A stretch of DNA of 64,000 nucleotides, from positions 160,001-224,000 of the forward strand of contig CAVOKF010000004.1 of assembly GCA_963696385.1 (NCBI GenBank), written 5' to 3'. The first letter of the stretch is position 1. The number at the start of each line of letters is the position of its first letter. The stretch comes from an uncultured delta proteobacterium. GTDB taxonomy: Bacteria; Myxococcota_A; Polyangia; Polyangiales; Polyangiaceae. Below the pieces are notes generated by a model that had not been told where the DNA came from, made no database searches, and saw only the letters and a program-made list of their open reading frames with translations. Below, in pieces: positions 46,972 to 57,264 of the stretch. Both the position numbers and the translations under genes were made by a program.

Positions 46972-47092
46972 GACGGTCGGCCACGATGGTAGGGCATTGT
47001 ATGTGCCCCGCTCATCGCCGCTTACCCCGCGCCGCGCGTGCAGTCGGGTGCCGGCGTTGCGAACGGGCCCGATCATGCGCCTTGAGTCCTTG

Positions 47093-47179
47093 CACCCGTG
47101 TTTCCCAATTTCCGCAAAACCTACCTGGTGTTCCCCAATTTCCGAAAGACCCACCTGTGTTCCCAATTTCCGCAAGACC
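47093..47179 (+). repeat. Three direct repeats of about 29 bp
   Basis: Core CCCAATTTCCG at 47104, 47134 and 47162 within yACCy(G)GTGTT(y)CCCAATTTCCGmAArACC. Confidence 0.9.
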
Positions 47180-47341
47180 AGTGAACGGCCTGACACACTT
47201 TGCCGCTCGACGCGGCGGGGCGCGGACCGCTCCCGCGTGGGGCGCGCGGTCTCCGCCCATCGGAGGAATCCAATTTCGGACCGCCGTGGAGCGCCCCCGG
47301 CCTCAAGCGACACTGGTACGCCGCCTGCACAAGCGGCCCGC

Positions 47342-47851
47342 ATGCCTTCGAATCTCGTGCGCCTTTTCGCAGACGACGCGCAACCGGAGTCTGCCACGCT
47401 CGGCGTCGGCGGGCTTTTGCCGAGCCGCAGCCCGCGCATCGTCGCTCGCCGCAAGCGCAGCCTCGTCTTTCTTGACCCCCACGAAGTATGGGCGATCGAG
47501 GCGGCGGACCGGTTGACGTTCGTGCACACCGCGCAGGGCAAGTTCGATCTGGATTTGTCGCTCGCGGCCTTCGAGTCGTCGTTCGCGCCGGCGTTCGTGC
47601 GGGTGCATCGCAACTGGTTGGTGAACCTCGCGCGGGTCAAAGAACTGGAGAGCAACGGCCACGAAAGCAAGCTTTTTATCGGAGACGGAGTCGCGGAGAG
47701 CGGGCGCGGCCTGCGAGTGCCCATGGCCCGCGACCGCCTCGGCGAGGTTCGCGAGCGGCTGCTTGCCAACGCCTGGGGCCTTCGCCGGAGACGACACTCG
47801 ACCCCCCTGGAGGACCCCGAGCGGGCTGTGGCCCCCATCGACGACGACTAG
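47342..47851 (+). CDS. Stand-alone LytTR DNA-binding domain protein
   Basis: VFLDPHEVWAIEAADRLTFVHT...SLAAFE...FVRVHRNWLVNL..VKEL...VPMARDR; no REC domain. Confidence 0.88.
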   Translation: MPSNLVRLFADDAQPESATLGVGGLLPSRSPRIVARRKRSLVFLDPHEVWAIEAADRLTFVHTAQGKFDLDLSLAAFESSFAPAFVRVHRNWLVNLARVKELESNGHESKLFIGDGVAESGRGLRVPMARDRLGEVRERLLANAWGLRRRRHSTPLEDPERAVAPIDDD

Positions 47852-48011
47852 GGCTCCATTCCGCAAGTCGCGCGAATGAATCCGTGCAAGGGCTGGATCC
47901 CCGGGGAAGGCAAGTCCAAGGGTCCGCTTGCGCTGCGCAGCAGCGCGCCGCGGATGGATCCGTGGGTTACGAAATAGACCAAGTAAGAACCAGGACCGCA
48001 CCGAACGAGCG

Positions 48012-48569
48012 CTACATGGCTTGGCGCAGTAGGCGCTCGATCTCGGCGCCATCGGTCACTCCCGTACGCACGGCCGTGACGCGGCCGTCGTTGGACACGA
48101 TCACGAGCGTCGGCAAGGCTTCGACTTGGTAGTCGCGTGAGGTCGCGCCGGAAAGGTCGCGGACGATGGGGTAGCTTAGCCGATGGGACACGGCGAATTC
48201 GCCAGGGTCGCCCTGGTCCGGTGCATCGGTGTCGACGCCGACGAACGTCACCGCGCGATCGCTCCAGCGCCTGGCAAGGGCGTCGACGATCGGCACCTGG
48301 GCGCGGCAAGGCCCGCACCAGGTCGCCCAGAAGTCGAGGACGACCGCCCGTCCCCGCAAGTCACGAAGGCTCAGCAGAGCGGAGCGGGACTCGAGTGCGC
48401 CGCCGCTGGCGACGACCTTGAGTCGAAAATCCGGTGCCTCGTGCCCAACCAAGGCGGCCGCACGCGATGGAAAGAGCCGCGGCAGTCCGCCGAGTACGGC
48501 GAAGACGGCGAGCACCACACCAATCGCACTGAAGGCGCTCCTCAACGAGCCCGGCGGGCCTGCTTCCAT
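48012..48569 (-). CDS. TlpA-family thiol-disulfide oxidoreductase
   Basis: TM; APDF; DFWATWCGPC; LPT. Confidence 0.92.
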   Translation of the reverse strand: MEAGPPGSLRSAFSAIGVVLAVFAVLGGLPRLFPSRAAALVGHEAPDFRLKVVASGGALESRSALLSLRDLRGRAVVLDFWATWCGPCRAQVPIVDALARRWSDRAVTFVGVDTDAPDQGDPGEFAVSHRLSYPIVRDLSGATSRDYQVEALPTLVIVSNDGRVTAVRTGVTDGAEIERLLRQAM

Positions 48570-48602
48570 CTCGTACGCAGGCAGTTAGCACGGCACCCGC
48601 AT

Positions 48603-50234
48603 TCAAGCTGCCGGCCGCCGACTGGACGAAGGCGGCGGAGCCAACCCATCCCCGGAGCCGTCGCGCACCGCCGCGATCGCGAGCGAGTGAGGAAGCGGCA
48701 ATGTGACAACGAACGCCGCGCCGCCGAGCGCCACGCCGCGCCGCGCGACAATCGACCCGTTGTGCTCGATGACGATTTTCTTCACGATCGCCAGTCCGAG
48801 CCCCGTTCCGTCCGCCTTCGTCGTGAAGTACGGGTCGAAGACCCGATCGAGCTCGGGCTCGGGAACGCCCGGTCCGTCGTCTTCGACGACGATGGCGACG
48901 CCGTCGGCCCTGCGCTCGGCGGAAACGAGGACGTGACCGCGAGGGCCGCCGTCGCGCGGCTCGGGGCGTGCGCTCCGAACCGCTTCGACGGCGTTGCGAA
49001 CGAGATTCACGAGCACCCGCCGCAGCATCTGGCGATCGATCGCCACGAGCATCGGATCGCCCGGCACCGCCCACCGGACCTCGACGTCGTGGGCCACGAT
49101 CCCCTCTTCGGGCCCATCGTCGGTCAGGTCCGCTCCGAGGTGCACCAGCTGCTCCGAGCACTCCTTCAAGAAATCGCGCAAGCTTGCCTCGCGCAGCTCC
49201 GCGTGCGGAAGGCGGGCGAAGCTCGAGAACGTACCGACCAGCCGGCGAAGGGTTCCGACCTCCTCCTCGACGATCTCGAGCGTCGTGTCGAGAAGCGCGC
49301 GGAAGCGGGGATCGCGACCAGCGTACTTGCGGTGACATTCCTGCACGGCGAGTTGGATGGGCGTCAATGGATTCTTGATCTCATGGGCCAAGCGCTGCGC
49401 CATCTCCTGCCACGCGCCGATGCGGCGAAGGTACTCGATGCGGGCGCGGGACTGTTGCATGTCGCCGAGCATTCGATTGAACCCTCGCGCCAGCTCGGTC
49501 AGTTCGTCGCTTCCCGTCACGGGCACGCGCACCTCGAGATTGCCCGCTGCCACTTCGTCGATCGCGCTGGCCAGCCGCCCGATCCGGCGCGTGAAGCCGC
49601 GCGCCAGCGAGAAGCCGAGTACGACGGTCGCGATCACCGTGATGCCGAGCAATAGAGCGAACGCCTCGAAGTACCCCGAGTTGACTTTGGTGCGTTTTCT
49701 TTCGAGCTGCGCGTACGCATCGCGAATGCCCCCCGCTTCGCCTAGCTCCCGTTCGTAACGGCGATCGAACGCGAAGGTCGCCACCAAGACCGGACCTGGC
49801 TCGTCGTCGACCAACGAGCGCCTGACCTCGAGTTTGCGCTCGGTCCCATCATCGAGGGGGCGACCGCGGCTGCGCGCGGCGAGGACTTTGCCGAGTTCGT
49901 CCTCCACGGCGAGCGAGACCAGTTGCGGGTGGCGCAAGGACGCCGCGAGCAGCGCTTTGGCGCAGCCGTCGCCGTCGCCCCGGCGCGCCGCGATTCGCAG
50001 CGCCTCTTCGGCCGCCATCGCGTCGGTCTGGTGCCTCATGTCGTCCTTGATGGCTCCGATGTAGTCCTTGTAGAGATCGATCCCGCGATCGAGCTCGAGC
50101 TTGACCTCGGGCCGCAGCCACACGGAAGACGCGTAGTTGAGCAGCGAGTACGCGAGCAGCATGGCGCTCGCGAGCGGCAATAGGGCCGTGATGAGAATCA
50201 CGAGCGCGAGTCGATGTTCCGTCTTGCCGAGCAT
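48603..50234 (-). CDS. NtrY-like HAMP sensor histidine kinase
   Basis: Two TMs; HAMP; WQEMAQRLAHEIKNPLTPIQL; NLVRNA; DDGPG; GTGLGL. Confidence 0.93.
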   Translation of the reverse strand: MLGKTEHRLALVILITALLPLASAMLLAYSLLNYASSVWLRPEVKLELDRGIDLYKDYIGAIKDDMRHQTDAMAAEEALRIAARRGDGDGCAKALLAASLRHPQLVSLAVEDELGKVLAARSRGRPLDDGTERKLEVRRSLVDDEPGPVLVATFAFDRRYERELGEAGGIRDAYAQLERKRTKVNSGYFEAFALLLGITVIATVVLGFSLARGFTRRIGRLASAIDEVAAGNLEVRVPVTGSDELTELARGFNRMLGDMQQSRARIEYLRRIGAWQEMAQRLAHEIKNPLTPIQLAVQECHRKYAGRDPRFRALLDTTLEIVEEEVGTLRRLVGTFSSFARLPHAELREASLRDFLKECSEQLVHLGADLTDDGPEEGIVAHDVEVRWAVPGDPMLVAIDRQMLRRVLVNLVRNAVEAVRSARPEPRDGGPRGHVLVSAERRADGVAIVVEDDGPGVPEPELDRVFDPYFTTKADGTGLGLAIVKKIVIEHNGSIVARRGVALGGAAFVVTLPLPHSLAIAAVRDGSGDGLAPPPSSSRRPAA

Positions 50235-50266
50235 GGGGCGCCGCCCGAACGCGCTAGTCTAACGCG

Positions 50267-51790
50267 TCACGGAGCGGTCGCGCGCATCGCAGCGATCTGA
50301 GCGTCGAGCCGATCGACGTCGCGTTTCAAATCATCGGCCATTCGAGCCGATCGATCCGCAATTTTGTCGCCGTGCCCTTTGACGGTCTCGGCCCACCTGC
50401 GCACATCGTCGAGGTAGCCGATTTGCTTCTCGATCGCACGGGCCGCACTCTCGATTTCGCCGATGGCGGCTTGCGCGCTTCGGTCCGCACAGTGCTCTCG
50501 CACGGCGAGCGCACGGGCAAGGCTGTAGGCCACCCGGACGACGAGATCGGCGGCGGGATCGTCTGCATCCCAAGCGACGACGATGTCGCTGCCATGACGC
50601 GCAAGCGAGGTAAGCCCCGGCGGTGCATTGGCGACGGAAAAGACGAACACGCCCACTTGCGCTTGGCGGTTGCGGCGCGCCTCGTCGATCTCGTCGAGCG
50701 CCGCCCGAAGAGTGCAGCCCCGCTTGTCTTTGGCCTCCCACACGACGCGTGCGTGGGCGGCCGCCGAATCGGCGCCGAGCTCGACGACGAAGTCGCCCAC
50801 CTTGCAGTTTTTGATGAGACCCGGCGAATCTCCCGTGGCCTGAACCAGGTCACCGAGACGCTCGGCTTCGGTTGCCAGGACCTCGCCGAGCCGATCTTCG
50901 AAATCGAGCCCGTGGCGCGGAGCCCGCGATTCGACCTTCCTGCGGGTATCGAGCCTCGCGAGCGACTCACGCACCTGCGCCTGAAACTCGCCGTTGTCCC
51001 GCACGAGCCAATCAATGGTCGCTTGAAGCTCCCGCTTCAGCCGGGCGAGCGCCGAGTGCTCGTCGTCGAGGGTCAGATTCTTGCCAATTTGATCGGTCGC
51101 CGAAGACACCATCCGGGACAAGCGACTCATCGTCGACTTTTCGTCATCGAGCGAGAACTCGCCGACCAGACGCGACAGGGCCGAGTCCTTCTGGTCGAGC
51201 GAAAATTCGCGCAAAATTTCTTTGCGTTGGCCGGCGAGGGCAGTCTCGATCGCGGATGTGAGCTGAGCGCGCAGCCCCTTCGCGTCGGTCGGCGAGAGAA
51301 GCTTGAACAGTGGGCTCCCTTCTCCGACGTGGGCGGCCAGAGACCGAGCGAGAAGCGAGTCGTCCCCACCCACGTGAAGGCGCAGCATGCGTTCGAGCTC
51401 GCCGTCGGTCCGAATGAGCGCATCGAGCCGTTGAGGCAGTGCCCCGCTCTGACCGTCGAGGTAATGGGTGAGCGTCGCAGCGATGCGTTCGTGCAATTCG
51501 GTCGTGCGGGCCGACAACAGATCGCGCACGTCGCCGACGAGCGCACTGCCGGCCTCGCGAATGGACGCAGCGTCGACCTGTCCGCTGGCGGTTCGCAACG
51601 CGAGGACTCCGATGCGAAGCGCCGCAAGGGCATGGCGATTGCGCTCGCTGCCCTCCGGCACGTGCCGCAGTTCGTTGACGACGTCGGGATCGGCGATCTC
51701 CAACGTGAGCAGCATCGGCGCGGGCGAGGCGCGGGGACGGAGCGGCTCGATCTGCGCGACGGAACTGACGGCCCTGGCGGCTTGCTCCAT
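50267..51790 (-). CDS. Helical-repeat/coiled-coil protein with RmuC-like PD-(D/E)xK nuclease domain
   Basis: Repeats FSLDQKDSALSRL / FSLDDEKSTMSRL / LTLDDEHSALARL; HGLDFE...GDFVV...VVWEAK...RNRQAQVGVFV; C-terminal coiled coil. Confidence 0.65.
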   Translation of the reverse strand: MEQAARAVSSVAQIEPLRPRASPAPMLLTLEIADPDVVNELRHVPEGSERNRHALAALRIGVLALRTASGQVDAASIREAGSALVGDVRDLLSARTTELHERIAATLTHYLDGQSGALPQRLDALIRTDGELERMLRLHVGGDDSLLARSLAAHVGEGSPLFKLLSPTDAKGLRAQLTSAIETALAGQRKEILREFSLDQKDSALSRLVGEFSLDDEKSTMSRLSRMVSSATDQIGKNLTLDDEHSALARLKRELQATIDWLVRDNGEFQAQVRESLARLDTRRKVESRAPRHGLDFEDRLGEVLATEAERLGDLVQATGDSPGLIKNCKVGDFVVELGADSAAAHARVVWEAKDKRGCTLRAALDEIDEARRNRQAQVGVFVFSVANAPPGLTSLARHGSDIVVAWDADDPAADLVVRVAYSLARALAVREHCADRSAQAAIGEIESAARAIEKQIGYLDDVRRWAETVKGHGDKIADRSARMADDLKRDVDRLDAQIAAMRATAP

Positions 51791-51874
51791 GGGTTCCTCC
51801 TGGTCGGATGTTTAGCATAACGACCGCGGATCGTCGGGTGCCACGGCTCGCCGAACGCTCCCGCCACGCAGCTC

Positions 51875-53833
51875 CTACATGTCCGATTGTTGAATAGAAT
51901 CGAGCTTTTCTGTCACGCCGGTATGCCGCGACGCCGTTCTTTGAACCGCACGCGCGAGCAGGTGCGCAGAACCGACGACGAGGACGGACCGCCGCGCGCG
52001 CGTCATGGCCGTGTAGACGAGCTCGCGCGTGAGCAGGGGCACGTCGACGTCCGGCAGCACCAGCGCCACATCGTCGAACTCCGACCCCTGCGCTTTGTGA
52101 ACGGTCATCGCGAAGGCCGGCGCGAGATCGGCGCCCGCCTCGAGAGCCTGCGCCTCGAATCGCGACCCGCGCGCGAACGCAGCCATCAAGTACGGGCCCT
52201 CGACATCGTCGACTTGCGCCCGAACGACCACGCCCTGATCTCCGTTGAAAAGTCCGCGCGCATAATCGTTTCGCTGCGCGACACACGGAGCGCCCGGTGC
52301 GAACTCGCGCGCACGCCGCCATCGCGCCCGCGCGGCATGACCGGCGGCGCCTCGAAGCCGCATGAGCAAACGCGCGTTGATGGCTCCGGCACTGGTGTCG
52401 AAGCCCATGACCCGAGTGACGCACAGGATGCGCGCGCGGCCGTGATGCGCGAAAAGGGCCCTCAGGTCGGCCGCGTCCTCGGCCACGAAGGCGCCGTCCT
52501 TCACGCGGTACGTCCGCGACGACAACCGCCGAAAGGCCGGATCCGTCATTCGAATCGTCCACCAACGATCGAGCCACTCGTCGCCGATCTGCGTCCACGA
52601 CGCATCCAAGTGCTCGACGCCTTCGAATGCCAGATCCGCGACCGACCGACGCGTGGCGACGGCCGCCGTGAACGCCGCGTCGAGAACCCCCGCGTTCACG
52701 GCACGCGCTGCCGTCACAATCCGGCGGGCGAGTGGGTCACGGCCGACGCGCAAGTTGACCGTCAGCCGCACGGCCTTCAGCGCGGCGCAGAGATCGCGGA
52801 AGACGGCGCCGGCTTCGACGGACGGAAGCTGGTCGGCGTCGCCCAGCAGGACGAGTCGAGCATCGTGGTGCAGCGCGCGGACCAGCCGGTCCATCATCGC
52901 CAGATCGATCATCGACGCCTCGTCGACGAGGATCAGCTTGTGCGGCAGCGGATCGTTCTCGTGGCGCGCGAAGCGACCGCTCTGCGGGGACCAGCCGAGC
53001 AGGCGATGCAGTGTGAGCGCCGAGGGCATGATCCCGCGCAGCGCGGATTCGGAGATGTCGTAGGGAGCGGCTGCCGCCAGACCCGTCGCGATCGCGTCCG
53101 AGAGTCTCTGCGCCGCCTTGCCCGTGGGAGCGGCGATCGCGACCGCATCGAGCGGAGGAACCCCCAGCCAGGCGACGGCGCGGACGATGGCGACCACAGC
53201 GGTCGTCTTTCCGGTACCCGGACCTCCGGTGATCAGGGTCAACGGCGATCGAAGGGCTTGGCGGACCGCGGACCTTTGCTCGACCGTCAGGCTTTCGCCC
53301 CCCACGGCCTTGATCGCCCGACCGACGGCACGGGCATCGCAGCCCTCGGCGCCGCGACGGATGCGGTCCCGAACGCGCGCGCAAAAGCGATCCTCGAGTG
53401 CGCGCATCCGCTCGGCGTAAAGCCATTCCCCGTCGAGGATGAGAGGCTTGCGTTCGCCGGGCCGACCGATGACCGTGCCCACCGGGTCGCCGGCATTCGA
53501 TCGAACCCGTTGAATCAACCGTCGCGCTGGGTCGGTCTCCTCGGCCGCGCCGGCAGCGGCCATCGCGGTGGCGAACAAGGGGCCTGCGAGCGGCAAACGG
53601 GTGCTGCCCGCGCGATTCGACACGATGCAGGCGGCTGCGATGGCCGCGAGGACACGGCGATCGGACGGTGACGATTCCGTCGCGCAGCGGGCGACCTCCC
53701 AGCCGAGGTAGTGCGCCTCGCCGTCTCCCGAATCCTGGTCCTGCCCGCACATCGCGCCGTCCTCGACGCGAGGATCGCCGCGCTGACGCAAGAATCGCCG
53801 AGCGGCCGTTCCGGACGGATCCAGGCGGTTCAC
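51875..53833 (-). CDS. recD: Exodeoxyribonuclease V alpha subunit
   Basis: GGPGTGKT, AAPTGKAA, TLHRLLG, VDEASM, GDADQL, NGDQG, AMTVHKAQGSEF, YTAMTRAR. GTGA overlap with recB. Confidence 0.93.
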   Translation of the reverse strand: MNRLDPSGTAARRFLRQRGDPRVEDGAMCGQDQDSGDGEAHYLGWEVARCATESSPSDRRVLAAIAAACIVSNRAGSTRLPLAGPLFATAMAAAGAAEETDPARRLIQRVRSNAGDPVGTVIGRPGERKPLILDGEWLYAERMRALEDRFCARVRDRIRRGAEGCDARAVGRAIKAVGGESLTVEQRSAVRQALRSPLTLITGGPGTGKTTAVVAIVRAVAWLGVPPLDAVAIAAPTGKAAQRLSDAIATGLAAAAPYDISESALRGIMPSALTLHRLLGWSPQSGRFARHENDPLPHKLILVDEASMIDLAMMDRLVRALHHDARLVLLGDADQLPSVEAGAVFRDLCAALKAVRLTVNLRVGRDPLARRIVTAARAVNAGVLDAAFTAAVATRRSVADLAFEGVEHLDASWTQIGDEWLDRWWTIRMTDPAFRRLSSRTYRVKDGAFVAEDAADLRALFAHHGRARILCVTRVMGFDTSAGAINARLLMRLRGAAGHAARARWRRAREFAPGAPCVAQRNDYARGLFNGDQGVVVRAQVDDVEGPYLMAAFARGSRFEAQALEAGADLAPAFAMTVHKAQGSEFDDVALVLPDVDVPLLTRELVYTAMTRARRSVLVVGSAHLLARAVQRTASRHTGVTEKLDSIQQSDM

Positions 53834-56800
53834 GAGAGTGCCGCCCCGCGCAGCTCTTCGATCCAGGCGAGCACGTCGTCCCAGCTGGGCCGCAATGACC
53901 ACAGACCGCACCCATCCGAATCGAACCCTCGCAAGAAGCAGTAGAGAAGACCACCGAAGCGAGCCTCGTGTTCCGATCGACGCGTCACCCCTAAGAGCTT
54001 CGTGACCGCCAGCGTGTAGAGCTTGACCTGATCGCGATAGTGTTCGTCGACGCGACGATTCAGCGCGTCCGGCGCGTAGGAGCGGAGCGAGTCGCTCTTC
54101 CAATCCACGAAATACGTCAACGAGCCGTGGGCGAACACGAGGTCGAGCGATCCTCGCACGTAGGCAGACGCCTGCTCGGCGCCGTTCGCGGAGGCCACCG
54201 GATAGACGAATTTCATTTCGCGAACGACGCGCGCCGCGGCCGCGAATGACTCGATGGACTCGCCGGTCGGCAGGACCACGGGCCGACGATAGGCGGTCCA
54301 CACCAGGCTCTCGGCGTGTCGGCGCTGCTCGGGGTCGATGCGATGAACCGTCATGGCTTCGTCGAAGAGCTCCCGCACGTCCGCGCGGGCCCGCCAAGCG
54401 TCGATGTCGGCGGCCGCGCAGAAGGAGGCCAGCGGCACGCGTTCCAGCAGCTCGTGCAGAAATACTCCGGAGGTGCGCGCCCCTCGCAAGCTCGCGCCCG
54501 ACGTCTCGCTTGCGACGTCGACGGGCTCGGCTTCGGCCTCGTCGGAGGCGATCCAAGCCGTGCGGGCCGCAAGGCCGCTCTTCATGCGCGTGTACGAGGT
54601 GAGGATCGCGCCCGCGTGTCGAGCTCGCAAGGAATCGAAGGATTCGGCTGGGGCCTGCCGGCGCCATATCGCCCCGGACGGCCGCCAGCTCTCCGGCGTG
54701 TCGCCTGCAGCCCGATCGAGCGGCGGTGTCGAGATCGGCGCAGCACGAGCCACGTCCTCGACCGTCCAGCTTTCGGCGCCGCCGGCCAGCAGCTCGACCA
54801 CCCGATGGTCGACGCGTGCGTACGGACCCCGCAGGTTTTTCGAGAAGGCCCCGTCGACGACACACGGCAAGATCATGCGCCCCTCGGCCCTCGTGAGGGC
54901 CACGTACATGAGCCGTTCTTCCTCTTCGCGTTCCTCGAGTTTCACGACCGGCTTGACGTCCGGCGACGGACTGCCCACCCAGGCCAGACGGTGGCCATGC
55001 TCGTGGTAGACGTGAACGTCGTCGGCGCCACTCGCCGAGAAGCCGCCGGCGACGAAAACGAGCGGCGCCTCCAAGCCCTTCGCCTTGTGGATCGTCATGA
55101 TCTGCACGGCGCGGCGTTCGCTGTCGAGCCGCTGCAGGTTGCCTTCGATCCGGGGGACGCTTCGCGTCTTGGCGATGAGCCCACCGAGCTCGCTCGCGAG
55201 ATCGCGAAGCGTCACGTGCCCCTCGCGGGCTCGCTCGAGCAACAGGTCGATGACGTGCATCGTGTTGGTGAGCTCTCGTTCGCCGTCGGCCGCGAAAATC
55301 TCCCTGCGCAGGATACCGGACTCGGTCACGACGCTTTCGAAGAGTCGATCGAAGCTGCGCGCGTCGGCGAGGGCTTTCCACGTCCGAAGGCGCGCGAAGA
55401 GAGGATGACCTGCGGGCAAGTCGCGCGTCCGTTCGAGCGCCGACAGCGGCAGCCCGAAGAAAGGCGTCAGCCAAACCGCGAGTCGGCGGGCCCGATCGTC
55501 GGGGTCGTCGATCGCCGCCAGCAGAGTGCGCAGGTCTTTGGCCGCGTCGCTCTGGAACAGCCCCTCGTCCTTGTAGAATGCGTGCGGCAGACCGGCTTCG
55601 CGCAGCGCCGCACCGATCACGCGGCCCTCGCGCGCCGTGCGCGTCAGCACGAAGATGTCGGAGTACGTGACCGATGTCCCATCGAACTTCCAGGGACGCA
55701 GCGGGTCCGTAGCCCGGCGAATCTCGCGCGCGATCGCCGCCCCGAGGGCGGGACCCGACAACTCGCCGTGGAACCGAAGGACGTGGAGCGGCGAAACGGG
55801 CCGATCCTGGCCGTCGACGAGCGAGCGTCCGGGTCGGCCGCAGGAGACGGGCCTGTAACCGCTTTTCCCCGAAAGCATCGGCTCGGGCGCAGCTGCGTCG
55901 AAGAGATCGTTGGTCGCCTCGACGAGCGCGCTCGTCGCCCGGTAGTTGATTCCGAGCGACACGAGCTTGCCGCCCCCCGCGAGGACCTCGTCCCGGGCGC
56001 GGAAGTACGTGTCCAGGTCGGCGCCCCGAAATCGATAGATCGATTGCTTCGGGTCGCCGACCAGAAACAGGTTGCCGGCGGGCCATTCACCGGCGCTCCG
56101 CTCGAAGAAAGCCCGTCGGAAGATCGACCACTGCGTCTCGTCGGTATCCTGAAACTCGTCGATCAGCGCGTGCCGCCAACGACCGCGGATGGCCGAAACC
56201 AGGGCGCGCCCGCCCGGACCCGAGAGGGCCTCGTCGACGAGCATGAGCATGTCGTCGAAGTCGTATCGGCCGGCGTCTCGCTTCGTTTGGACCAGGGCGC
56301 GCTCCACGGCGGGAAGCAAGGCTCCGGCGACCGCGGCGGCGAACGGTGGCGTGCGACGCGCGAGCGCGAGCGCGGCGGCGCAGACGCGCGACGCAGGACC
56401 CGCTGAAAGCGACACGGAGCCGAGCTGCTCGATCAGCTGGGCCACCTTCAGCCGCTCGGCCTCGCGCACGTATCTCGCGACATCTCCAGTCCGCCGTGTG
56501 CGCTCGACCAGATCGGCCAGATCGCGAATGCGCCGGCACGCATTGCTCGCTCGCGAGGGATGCACCCCGCACCCTTTGAGCTCGGCAGCGAGATCGGTCA
56601 CCCGCGCATCGTCGACCGGCATCGCGTGAAGGGCCGCCGTCAACCCTGCGAGGTCGAACTCGGGACGCAACGAACCGCGCGCTTGCTTGCAGTCCCACAG
56701 CAGAGTCTCGATCTGCGCGATCGACCAGCCGAACTCGAGGGCGGCCTGGAGCCAAAGCGCGCGGCCGGGGTCGGTCGCCGCCTCGCGCCGCAGCGCGTCG

Positions 56801-57264
56801 CGCAAGGCCCGGCCGAATGCCTCGCGTCCGTCGACCGGCTGCTCGTCGAAGAGACGGCCGCTTCCGAATGCGTTGTCCTGGAGGATCCGCTGGCAGAAGG
56901 CGTGAATCGTGGTGATGGTCCCACTGTCGAAAGCGCGCAAGGCTCGCGCGAGTCGGCCGCGCGCGACATCGTCGATCACCCAGTCGTCCGCCCCGCACGA
57001 CGTGTGCGCGGAAACCTCTTCGCCGTGGCCTGAGACCATGTCCTCGAGCTTGGCGCGCACGCGCGAGCGGATCTCCTGGGTGGCTTTCTCCGTGAACGTG
57101 ACGATCAGCAATTGCTCGAACGCCACATCGGTCGTCAAAAGGAGCTCGACGACCAGGTGTTCGAGCGTGAACGTCTTTCCCGTCCCCGCCGACGCTTCGA
57201 TGACGGTGTGACGATCGAGCGGAATCTCGCGAAGCACGGCCGGCCGAGGGATCCGAGTCGTCAC
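53830..57264 (-). CDS. recB: Exodeoxyribonuclease V beta subunit
   Basis: EASAGTGKT, TIHAFC, DEFQDTD, GDPKQSIYRFRGAD, TIHKAKGLE, YVALTRA; nuclease motif GSLDLVF...VDWKS. GTGA overlap with recC. Confidence 0.93.
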   Translation of the reverse strand: MTTRIPRPAVLREIPLDRHTVIEASAGTGKTFTLEHLVVELLLTTDVAFEQLLIVTFTEKATQEIRSRVRAKLEDMVSGHGEEVSAHTSCGADDWVIDDVARGRLARALRAFDSGTITTIHAFCQRILQDNAFGSGRLFDEQPVDGREAFGRALRDALRREAATDPGRALWLQAALEFGWSIAQIETLLWDCKQARGSLRPEFDLAGLTAALHAMPVDDARVTDLAAELKGCGVHPSRASNACRRIRDLADLVERTRRTGDVARYVREAERLKVAQLIEQLGSVSLSAGPASRVCAAALALARRTPPFAAAVAGALLPAVERALVQTKRDAGRYDFDDMLMLVDEALSGPGGRALVSAIRGRWRHALIDEFQDTDETQWSIFRRAFFERSAGEWPAGNLFLVGDPKQSIYRFRGADLDTYFRARDEVLAGGGKLVSLGINYRATSALVEATNDLFDAAAPEPMLSGKSGYRPVSCGRPGRSLVDGQDRPVSPLHVLRFHGELSGPALGAAIAREIRRATDPLRPWKFDGTSVTYSDIFVLTRTAREGRVIGAALREAGLPHAFYKDEGLFQSDAAKDLRTLLAAIDDPDDRARRLAVWLTPFFGLPLSALERTRDLPAGHPLFARLRTWKALADARSFDRLFESVVTESGILRREIFAADGERELTNTMHVIDLLLERAREGHVTLRDLASELGGLIAKTRSVPRIEGNLQRLDSERRAVQIMTIHKAKGLEAPLVFVAGGFSASGADDVHVYHEHGHRLAWVGSPSPDVKPVVKLEEREEEERLMYVALTRAEGRMILPCVVDGAFSKNLRGPYARVDHRVVELLAGGAESWTVEDVARAAPISTPPLDRAAGDTPESWRPSGAIWRRQAPAESFDSLRARHAGAILTSYTRMKSGLAARTAWIASDEAEAEPVDVASETSGASLRGARTSGVFLHELLERVPLASFCAAADIDAWRARADVRELFDEAMTVHRIDPEQRRHAESLVWTAYRRPVVLPTGESIESFAAAARVVREMKFVYPVASANGAEQASAYVRGSLDLVFAHGSLTYFVDWKSDSLRSYAPDALNRRVDEHYRDQVKLYTLAVTKLLGVTRRSEHEARFGGLLYCFLRGFDSDGCGLWSLRPSWDDVLAWIEELRGAALS

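Noticed and set aside
46888..47179. Repeat arrays as a CRISPR
   Set aside because: The repeats are contiguous with no unique spacers, and there are no cas genes.
47849..47980. Degenerate MITE (GGCTCCATTCCGCAA ... TTACGAAATAGACC)
   Set aside because: The IR match is weak and there is no second copy in the window.
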